Positions 7,644 through 14,688 of a stretch of DNA of 64,000 bases are shown here, piece by piece. The position numbers and the translations under genes are program-made. The DNA is from Acutalibacteraceae bacterium (lineage in GTDB: Bacteria; Bacillota; Clostridia; Oscillospirales; Acutalibacteraceae). Where the stretch lies: NCBI GenBank assembly GCA_036307305.1, contig JAXJXV010000021.1, forward strand, positions 68,276-132,275, given 5' to 3'. The notes beneath the pieces were generated by a model that saw only the letters and a list, made by a program, of their open reading frames with translations, ran no database searches and had not been told where the DNA came from. The first letter of the stretch is position 1; each line of letters starts with the position of its first letter.

Positions 7644-8981
7644 TTATTTACAAACAATAAGCAATTCTGCTTCATCATTTGATTCAAAATTTTTGTCTAC
7701 AGAATTTAGTTTACTGTGAGTGAATTTTCCCGGAGAAACAACTTTTACATCCTCGAAATACTGATTTGCTTTTTCAATCAATTGATCGATTGTCTGCAAC
7801 CGAGGAGTAACTGCTTTTGAAGCATCAAAAGGAGAATATGATAAGACCAGAGGAACTCCCAGTTCTCTGACTTTTTGAAACAATTTATCAAATGCTTCTT
7901 CGGCCTCACTTTTTATGCAAAAAGGAGATTGATGTCTACCTGTTCGATAAATAGCACGGCTTATTCCGCCTTTGCCATTAGGGAAGGTTGTTGTAACTTT
8001 TGGGTTATCACGCAGACAAATAGTTTCAAGAACATGATAGTATCGACTATAATGGTAGCGTGTATATGGTGGATCGGCATATACTGCTGCTACCGGTATG
8101 CCTTTCAATTTATCTATAGCTGTAATGTAATCATCACAAATCATAGTATGTTTATGTTGTGTTTGGCCTATAGATAAGTAATAATTCAACCACCTCTCAT
8201 AAGTGGTATACACATCTTCATTTCTGTCTTTGAGTATTTTTTTTAGCAGTGATTTTTTTAATTCACCTTTAGAGTTTCGAACTTTAAGAGGTTGGGCGAA
8301 TTGTTTTCCTACCGTGTTTACTAAATCGCTTGCAGTGCTCAAAAGTGCAGCCAAGGATTTTGTTTTTAAAACACCATTTTGCCCAAATACCCAGTGTGCG
8401 ATACAGTCCATATCTATGGCCTGTTTGTATGAGTAATATAAGCCGCCATAGTATCTGCATATCATACTGTCTGCATGTGCAATGTTTTTGTTGGCATAAA
8501 GTTTATCAAAAGAAACTTTAATAGCATGTTTTAGTGCTCTAGATAAGCCAACTGATTCCTCGTGTTCAAAAATGTATAAAGAACCACACTCTATTATTTC
8601 GTATAGATGTTGATAACAGCCCTTTTCTGCAGACTCGATGCATTCTTTTTCGTGAGCAATCAATGACGTAAAAATATTATTGATTTCTGCTGTTTGGGGG
8701 TGACTTTTTATATTGTCTATTATCTCATTTGCTGGAACAGGCGAATTAATGAAGCTTGTAGAAGCTTCACATAAAACTTTTGAATACTCTTGAATATCGA
8801 CTGATATCACATCATAGGTATGAAGTAGATATTTAGATACTGTTCCGGAACCAGAAAAAAGATCACAAATCGCACCAGGGGTGTCTACGACCTCTAATAA
8901 GGCTTTTTCAATAGAATCCAGCATTCGCAGTTTGCTTCCTAAATAGTGAATAGGACGCACTTCTTTAGTTTCTTTGTTCAT
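7644..8981 (-). CDS. DNA adenine methyltransferase, D12/Dam-like class
   Basis: IHYLGSKLRML (Dam YxGxK signature), DLFSGSGTV (motif I) and VYADPPYTRYHYSRYYH (motif IV). Confidence 0.8.
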   Translation of the reverse strand: MNKETKEVRPIHYLGSKLRMLDSIEKALLEVVDTPGAICDLFSGSGTVSKYLLHTYDVISVDIQEYSKVLCEASTSFINSPVPANEIIDNIKSHPQTAEINNIFTSLIAHEKECIESAEKGCYQHLYEIIECGSLYIFEHEESVGLSRALKHAIKVSFDKLYANKNIAHADSMICRYYGGLYYSYKQAIDMDCIAHWVFGQNGVLKTKSLAALLSTASDLVNTVGKQFAQPLKVRNSKGELKKSLLKKILKDRNEDVYTTYERWLNYYLSIGQTQHKHTMICDDYITAIDKLKGIPVAAVYADPPYTRYHYSRYYHVLETICLRDNPKVTTTFPNGKGGISRAIYRTGRHQSPFCIKSEAEEAFDKLFQKVRELGVPLVLSYSPFDASKAVTPRLQTIDQLIEKANQYFEDVKVVSPGKFTHSKLNSVDKNFESNDEAELLIVCK

Positions 8982-8985
8982 GTGC

Positions 8986-10233
8986 TCATTCCTTATCTAA
9001 TCTTTGCCATATTGATAATGAGGGTATATTGTCTAAAACTTCTTTTGCCGTAAAAGTTAGTCGGCGCATTTTAGTTGTATGTTTTTCTTTTTTAGAAATA
9101 AAGGACAGGGCTTGATCGTATACATCTTGTTCCGGCATTAGCAATGTATAGATAAAATCACGTTGTGATACCCTTGCAAATACCGCAATTGGACGATTCC
9201 CATTTGAAGGATATGCCAATCCGTTTGCAGCTTCTAATTCAAAACGATAATTTTGGCTTGAAACAGAAACACTGGGGCGTATCTCTGTCTCACACATACT
9301 TCCATCAGAATTTACGCATTTTAGAAGAATTCTGTAGGCGCCATTCTCTCCACAGGTTGCTCCAAAATAGTTTTCAAAAGTATTTTTGTCAAAATTAGCT
9401 TGTTTCCAGCGATTGCCGCTTCTTGGAATTTCAGCGATCAATACATCACTGTCGGATGTTATTGTCCAGTATGAAGCATCAATATCAATTTCTTCGTCTG
9501 TAATAGGAAGCGTAATGATATCTACTTTCTCTTCTTTTTTAGGAGTCGTATCTGCTTCTACGACTTTAACCGACGGTTGTTTTATATCTTTTGGCTGATT
9601 CTTGTAAATGTTTGCTAATTCATCAGTAACTTTTTGTTTAGTAGAATTTTTCTTTACAGATGCTTTTGCGACACTTACAGCTCTTGTTTGTTCTGTGTTC
9701 TGCTTCGCTCTTGCCATGACAATCGGATCATCTATGTCAAACAAAAATGGCAAACTGTGTGTATACCAAGAATTCCATTCTTCAGTGACTCTATCCATAT
9801 TTTCAGCATCGTACGGAATTACACTGTATGCTTCTCTATTATGTCGAAGTCCTTTTTGCGTTAAATTTCCAGATCCTAACACTAACACTCCGCCTTCTTG
9901 TTTTTCAAACCAAGAAAACTTTGGATGGAAAGTGGATCCTTTATTGCTATGTATATAAGCTTTTACTATCAAGTGGTCATTATATTTTTTCTTCAATTCT
10001 ATCAGGGTATTTACTGCGTGTTCGTTGGTAATATCATCAGTTCCGACAATTAAGGTAAAAACACCCTTCTGAAGGAAAGATTTGAAGTTTTCGTCTTCAA
10101 AAAGAAGGTTGATACCATCTTTTGAAGCAAACGCGTATGCACCGCCGCCACGTTTGCTTCCAACGCATTCGCTAAGTAAAGTTTCGTGTAAATACATTGA
10201 GGTTTTATATGAAGGATCTTGGATATAAAGCAT
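8986..10233 (-). CDS. PLD-superfamily (single HKD) nuclease with a Lys-rich linker and an extra C-terminal domain; BfiI/NgoFVII-like restriction endonuclease candidate
   Basis: One HKD-type motif, FHPKFSWFEKQEGGVLVLGSGNLT (HxK...GSxN). The linker is KKNSTKQKV...TTPKKEEKV. A C-terminal domain of about 170 aa follows. The gene sits 4 nt upstream of two methyltransferase genes. Confidence 0.65.
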   Translation of the reverse strand: MLYIQDPSYKTSMYLHETLLSECVGSKRGGGAYAFASKDGINLLFEDENFKSFLQKGVFTLIVGTDDITNEHAVNTLIELKKKYNDHLIVKAYIHSNKGSTFHPKFSWFEKQEGGVLVLGSGNLTQKGLRHNREAYSVIPYDAENMDRVTEEWNSWYTHSLPFLFDIDDPIVMARAKQNTEQTRAVSVAKASVKKNSTKQKVTDELANIYKNQPKDIKQPSVKVVEADTTPKKEEKVDIITLPITDEEIDIDASYWTITSDSDVLIAEIPRSGNRWKQANFDKNTFENYFGATCGENGAYRILLKCVNSDGSMCETEIRPSVSVSSQNYRFELEAANGLAYPSNGNRPIAVFARVSQRDFIYTLLMPEQDVYDQALSFISKKEKHTTKMRRLTFTAKEVLDNIPSLSIWQRLDKE

Positions 10234-10251
10234 AAAGAAATCAACTCCTCT

Positions 10252-11148
10252 TTAGTTCTCGTTATACGCACGATCGATAAGCGGTTTAGCTTTTTCAAAG
10301 TCTGCAGCATTTTGTAAATGAAGTTCTACAGCACCACAGCCCCAGTGACCAATATTAGTCACGTCTCGTGAAAATCCCGGCTCAAATGTTACTGAAGTAA
10401 CATCAATAGGCAGGTTCAAAATCAGCTTTTTCTTTAGTGCAACTACTGTTACAATGTTACGGATTTTCTTGAAAGCGGCGTAAAGCTTCAAGTGAGTTTC
10501 GGAAACATCATCACCAAGACTGAGGATATAATTAGTTAGATCTTGATATAAAGTTTTTACTGATTCATCAGCCGTCTTTAATTGTTCGTCAAATGTTTTA
10601 TCGGTGGATTTTGTCTTAGTGGTTTGAGCGTCATTGTCGGGAATTGCTGTTGCAACATTTTCATTGATGTGTTCAAACATCAACAGATCGCTGCCAAATT
10701 TCTTATATCTAATCAGGCTGACATTTCTATTCATTTGCTTAATAGCAGATTCATCGTACTTTGTGAAGTCGCCAGCAATACAAACAACACGAGGCATTGT
10801 CCAGTCAATCTTGTCTGCTTCTTTGAGTCCGAGTTTTTCAATTACTAAAACCTTAAAACTATCCTTATGATCTAAAAGCCAGTTAAGATAAAACAAACCT
10901 TGATTGATTACATTCTCTTTCATAGAACGTTTATATTCGAAGATGACCGGACAATGGTTTTCATCAATACCGATGCTATCCATTCGACCACCATCTGTTG
11001 TCTTGTATTCAGAAGCAAGAAAAGTTACACCGAAAAAGATTTCCATATTATTTTCAATAACGGTCTGTAACTCTTTTTCAAGTGTTACGTTGCCGCTTTG
11101 GTATTCTTTTACCTTGCCGTTTATGTTAAAAAGTTTTATATCAGCCAT
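10252..11148 (-). CDS. NucS/DUF91-like PD-(D/E)xK endonuclease domain fused to a DUF5655-like C-terminal domain
   Basis: GRMDSIGIDENHCPVIFEYKRSMKENVINQGLFYLNWL fits the D...ExK...Q..Y pattern of NucS-like nucleases. The C-terminal LYAAFKKIRNIV...GHWGCGAVE resembles DUF5655, from memory. Confidence 0.6.
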   Translation of the reverse strand: MADIKLFNINGKVKEYQSGNVTLEKELQTVIENNMEIFFGVTFLASEYKTTDGGRMDSIGIDENHCPVIFEYKRSMKENVINQGLFYLNWLLDHKDSFKVLVIEKLGLKEADKIDWTMPRVVCIAGDFTKYDESAIKQMNRNVSLIRYKKFGSDLLMFEHINENVATAIPDNDAQTTKTKSTDKTFDEQLKTADESVKTLYQDLTNYILSLGDDVSETHLKLYAAFKKIRNIVTVVALKKKLILNLPIDVTSVTFEPGFSRDVTNIGHWGCGAVELHLQNAADFEKAKPLIDRAYNEN

Positions 11149-11452
11149 TTTCTTTGTCCTCCAACTCTAACTTTGCAAGTTTTGCTTTTAGGAAATCTAT
11201 TTGAAACTGCATATTCGTAATAATAAGATTATCAGCAACTTGATAAAGGCTAACACTTCCGCTTACTGCTTGCTTTGCTTTAGTTGCTAATGCTAACTCG
11301 GCATCTGTAATTTGAAGCGATGTTATCTTTTCAATCGCATTGTTACGATCAAGAAAACCGCTCGTTTGAAATTGATAAACAATTTTTTCTCGCTCGGCTA
11401 TATCCTTTGCAAGGGATAATTTATCGTATTCTTTTTTTATTGGGTTACTCAT
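11141..11452 (-). CDS. small (103 aa) predicted alpha-helical/coiled-coil protein, first gene of the operon
   Basis: RBS is ggagcaaatATG. Its stop overlaps the downstream start by 8 nt. No motif recognised. Confidence 0.6.
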   Translation of the reverse strand: MSNPIKKEYDKLSLAKDIAEREKIVYQFQTSGFLDRNNAIEKITSLQITDAELALATKAKQAVSGSVSLYQVADNLIITNMQFQIDFLKAKLAKLELEDKENG

Positions 11453-11562
11453 ATTTGCTCCATTCTGTTATCCCTCATATGTCTACAAAACTCGCATCAA
11501 TGGTGCAAATTTTAGCAAGAGAGATGATATGTGTGGGGGAATAGTTTATTTATTTTTATATG

Positions 11563-12162
11563 TTAACTATGTAGCAGTATCTCCATAATGTCCATCACTT
11601 TATTGTAAACCCTCAGCTTCTTTGCGTAATCGGAAAGGGCGATGAGGTTTTTCTGCGTATCGTTTGCGTATGCATTTACCGCTTTACTGAACATTTCGTT
11701 ATCTACCTTGCCACGATGCTTGAACATATCGCAAATGGTGCGCTCACGGTCGTAAATAGCAAATGTAACGCCATTTTCGGTAATCGTGGTTTTACCGAGC
11801 TCATAGATATCGTCTTTAACGTAATAGACCTTTATCGGCACGGAGGTATTAAGCCTGCGTGATGCACTTCTCGGCACGGTAACAGACCAAACCCTCGGCA
11901 TAAAATCGCTGTAGCCATAACGGAACAGAGCCGATTCCATACTGATGATCGCTTCGGGAATGGTAGAAGCGATTACCTGCTCATCGGAGAGGATCAGCTC
12001 GTCTGCAAGTTGATAATAGCCTTGACGGACACGCTGAAGAAAGCCGTCTGAACACAGCTTATATATCTTCTCTTTTGGCACGCCGGCGGATGTGAGAGCA
12101 GACAGCTTTGCAATTCCGCCGTTGGCACTGATTATGTTTTTTATAATATCTTTATGTTCCAA
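11563..12162 (-). CDS. AbiEi-like (type IV toxin-antitoxin antitoxin / wHTH regulator), no cognate AbiEii present
   Basis: N-terminal wHTH is IISANGGIAKLSALTSAGVPKEKIYKLCSDGFLQRVRQGYYQL. The C-terminal domain has SMESALFRYGY...IYDRERTICDMF. The likely start is the TTG at 12162, 7 nt after GGAGG, rather than the longer ORF-track start. Confidence 0.65.
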   Translation of the reverse strand: MEHKDIIKNIISANGGIAKLSALTSAGVPKEKIYKLCSDGFLQRVRQGYYQLADELILSDEQVIASTIPEAIISMESALFRYGYSDFMPRVWSVTVPRSASRRLNTSVPIKVYYVKDDIYELGKTTITENGVTFAIYDRERTICDMFKHRGKVDNEMFSKAVNAYANDTQKNLIALSDYAKKLRVYNKVMDIMEILLHS

Positions 12163-12377
12163 TGTCCTACCTCCAATAAACGATAACACATTGTGTTTAA
12201 TGTTTTCTTTTGTATTATAGCACAAGTGTGTGAATATAGCAATAAAAAATCGAAACAAAAATCAATTTGTGTTATCATTTTTTGAATTCAATTGCTTCTT
12301 TGGCGCTTATCGAAAGATAGGCGTCTTTTTTTATGCCTATTTTTTTAAACACCCTTGTGGATCGGGGTATCCCTGTG

Positions 12378-12917
12378 CGAATTGGTGAAGGGTTCTCTCA
12401 AACGCACCTTGAAAACTGAATAGCGCCGATCTAATACGACTTTGCGATGATACGAGCAAGGCAACGCTACGGTGAGATTCCGAGCAGGAACTTGAGGTTG
12501 GGCAAAAAAATTTTTTCAAAAACACCCGATAATTTACGGCTGCTCTGTGGGAACAAGTGAGAGGAAATTTTGCAAACAGACTTAAAAAATACCCTTTCCC
12601 ATTGCAAATAAGTGAGGAAATAAAAATTTTCTCTCAAAAAGGGTGTGTATTTAGGCTTTCCCAGTGGGAATTAGTAGAGGGGTAAATATTTTTTTGCGAT
12701 TTGGGTGTCCAAAACACTGCTCCCATTGCAGATAAGTGAAGGGCAAAAAAATATTTTTCAGAAATCTCGACAAATGGGTGTCCAAAACAGCACCTCTTGT
12801 CCGAATGAGTGAAGGGATAAATTTTTTCTTCGAGTCGGGTGTGCAAAAGCATTCCTTAAATTCCTAATTAGTGAGGGGGTGCAAATCGGGGGTGTAATTC
12901 CAAATAAGTGAAAGGAG
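12378..12917. repeat. degenerate iteron-like array (7-8 copies; core AAnTnAGTGArGGG plus GGGTGTCCAAAAC-like half)
   Basis: Cores lie at about 12378, 12551, 12604, 12666, 12728, 12800, 12862 and 12899. Four of the spacings between neighbouring cores are about 62 nt. Confidence 0.6.
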
Positions 12918-13024
12918 GTGTTGTCAAACCGCAAAAACAGTCGGAGGTCTTAAATATATAAATAAATATATAACTTACTCTCCGAAAAAGAATGAATTTT
13001 TAATCTATAGAAAGGAGTGAGCAA

Positions 13025-13327
13025 ATGGCAAACAACAAGGTCTACAGCCGAGCAGAAATGCAGGAAGCAGGCATCGTAACCTACGATTATGCTTTTATGG
13101 ACAAGCCCGGTGAATATATCGGAACGCTCGAAATGAAAGCAGAAGCAAGGGGCGGAATGCTTCGTCTTTTTCTTCGGTTGGTAGACGGAAGAAAGATCAT
13201 AACGCCGGTGTTCTGGTGGCAAGGGTATTTAGGCTTCAACGAAATGAACAACGGCACAAAGCTTAAGCTTGTCTACGGACAAAGCGGCAAAGGCAGTACC
13301 TATTTAAAACAGATCGAAAAATTTTAG
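13025..13327 (+). CDS. hypothetical protein (first gene of the recombinase-module operon)
   Basis: RBS is aaaggagtgagcaaATG. 100 aa, no motif recognised. Confidence 0.6.
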   Translation: MANNKVYSRAEMQEAGIVTYDYAFMDKPGEYIGTLEMKAEARGGMLRLFLRLVDGRKIITPVFWWQGYLGFNEMNNGTKLKLVYGQSGKGSTYLKQIEKF

Positions 13328-13339
13328 GAGGAAACAAAA

Positions 13340-13555
13340 ATGTTTGAATACAAAATCATCAAGAAAATCGGAGTTGCGGGGGAAAATCTCAACGACACAA
13401 AGGAAATCAATATCATCAAGTGGAGCGACAACGCACCGTGTATCGATGTGCGACGTTGGAGAAACGGCAAACCGCTGAAGGGCATTGCTTTTTATCCCGA
13501 TGAGATTGACGAACTAATCAAGCTACTCAAAAAAGCGAAAAAGGAGGTCATATAA
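13340..13555 (+). CDS. PC4/YdbC-like small ssDNA-binding-fold protein
   Basis: GGAGG RBS. EINIIKWSDNAPCIDVRRW...GKPLKGIAFYPDEIDELIKLL fits the YdbC/PC4-like pattern, from memory. Confidence 0.45.
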   Translation: MFEYKIIKKIGVAGENLNDTKEINIIKWSDNAPCIDVRRWRNGKPLKGIAFYPDEIDELIKLLKKAKKEVI

Positions 13556-14470
13556 ATGGCAAGAAAATCAGATTTTACTCTGCCGCCGATCCCCATTGAT
13601 GCCATCTTTTCAACACAGGCGGAAAGAGACGATGCGCTCTTAGAGCGAGTACACAATATTCCTCTTGAGCAATTGCACCCATTCAGGGATCATCCATTCA
13701 AAATTCAGTCAGGAGAGGAAATGGATAAAATGATAGAGAGTATCCGCAAGGTTGGGGCGATAACACCTGCACTTGCACGACCGCTTGAGGATGGCGGGTT
13801 TGAGCTGATATCGGGACACCGCAGACTTGCTGCGTGTCAAGTATTGGGACTTAAAACAATGCCCGTAATTGTTCGTGAAATGACAGATGATGAGGCGGTG
13901 ATCGCAATGGTAGATGCAAATTTGCAAAGAGAAACCATACTCCCCAGCGAAAAGGCGTTTGCTTATCGGATGAAGTTGGAAGCAATAAAACACCAAGGTA
14001 GGAGTATTTCCCGACAACTTGTCGGAAAGGAAAGCGCTGACACACTTTCAAATGATGAAAGCGGCAGACAAGTCCAAAGATATATCCGCCTAACATACCT
14101 CATCCCCGAATTACTCACCAAGGTAGACGAAGGCGAAATTGCTTTCAGTCCGGCGGTAGAAATCTCATTCTTGACAGAGGATGAGCAAAGAATCCTGCTT
14201 GATGCAATCGAACTAAACGACTGCACGCCTTCCCACGCACAAAGCATACGGCTGAAAAAGCTATCGCAGGACTGTGTACTGACCAAAGACCAAATATACG
14301 AACTGATGGCGGAGGAAAAGCCGAACCAACAGGAGCATTTGCGGTTTCGCAGAGAGGATTTCAACGGATATTTCCCTAAGTCCTACACCGAACAGCAGAT
14401 AAAGAAAGATATCCTGAAAGGTTTAGAGCTTTTGCACCGCCACCGACAGCGAAACCGTGATGCGAGATAA
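13556..14470 (+). CDS. ParB/Srx N-terminal domain protein (ParB-like nuclease domain)
   Basis: LHPFRDHPF...FELISGHRRLAACQVLGL...MPVIVRE is the classic ParB-N box. Confidence 0.8.
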   Translation: MARKSDFTLPPIPIDAIFSTQAERDDALLERVHNIPLEQLHPFRDHPFKIQSGEEMDKMIESIRKVGAITPALARPLEDGGFELISGHRRLAACQVLGLKTMPVIVREMTDDEAVIAMVDANLQRETILPSEKAFAYRMKLEAIKHQGRSISRQLVGKESADTLSNDESGRQVQRYIRLTYLIPELLTKVDEGEIAFSPAVEISFLTEDEQRILLDAIELNDCTPSHAQSIRLKKLSQDCVLTKDQIYELMAEEKPNQQEHLRFRREDFNGYFPKSYTEQQIKKDILKGLELLHRHRQRNRDAR

Positions 14471-14499
14471 GAATCGCACATTTGTAAAGGAGGAGCACT

Positions 14500-14688
14500 A
14501 TGATTACAATTATTAAGGATAAAAATCCTAACCATATTTTCGCCGCCTTAAAGCTTTGCGAACAGCTTTATCACGACGGCAAAATTCCGTTATATATGTT
14601 TCGAAATATGGTAAATCAGCACGCTGACGTGGTGGATGCCTCGAAATTTAATTTCACCATTCAGCAGGAAGGAGAAAAAGCCGGATGA
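14500..14688 (+). CDS. small hypothetical protein, ATGA-coupled to the recombinase gene
   Basis: aaaggagg RBS. Its stop overlaps the ATG at 14685. Confidence 0.55.
   Translation: MITIIKDKNPNHIFAALKLCEQLYHDGKIPLYMFRNMVNQHADVVDASKFNFTIQQEGEKAG

Noticed and set aside
6516-10233. DISARM system, because a PLD-domain protein sits next to DNA methyltransferases.
   Set aside because: DISARM requires DrmA (a helicase) and DrmB (DUF1998). No helicase, SNF2 or DUF1998-like ORF is present in the block. The PLD protein with an extra C-terminal domain plus two methylases fits a BfiI-like type IIS R-M layout better.
10252-11148. This ORF as the missing AbiEii toxin partner of the AbiEi-like gene.
   Set aside because: It has no nucleotidyltransferase (GS/GG...DxD) motif. 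It carries a clear NucS-like D...ExK nuclease pattern instead, and a 103-aa gene sits between it and AbiEi.
12541-12917. Possible CRISPR array, because of regularly spaced repeats in a non-coding region.
   Set aside because: The repeat units are degenerate rather than near-identical. Spacing varies between about 37 and 73 nt. The segments between cores themselves contain a second repeated half-motif. No cas genes lie nearby. An iteron or operator array is the better description.
12337-13222. ORF-track entries 12337..12525, 12634..12852 and 12950..13222 on the minus strand.
   Set aside because: They lie within the repeat array or promoter region, or antisense to the start of 13025..13327. They have no RBS, and their translations are repeat-derived and low-complexity.
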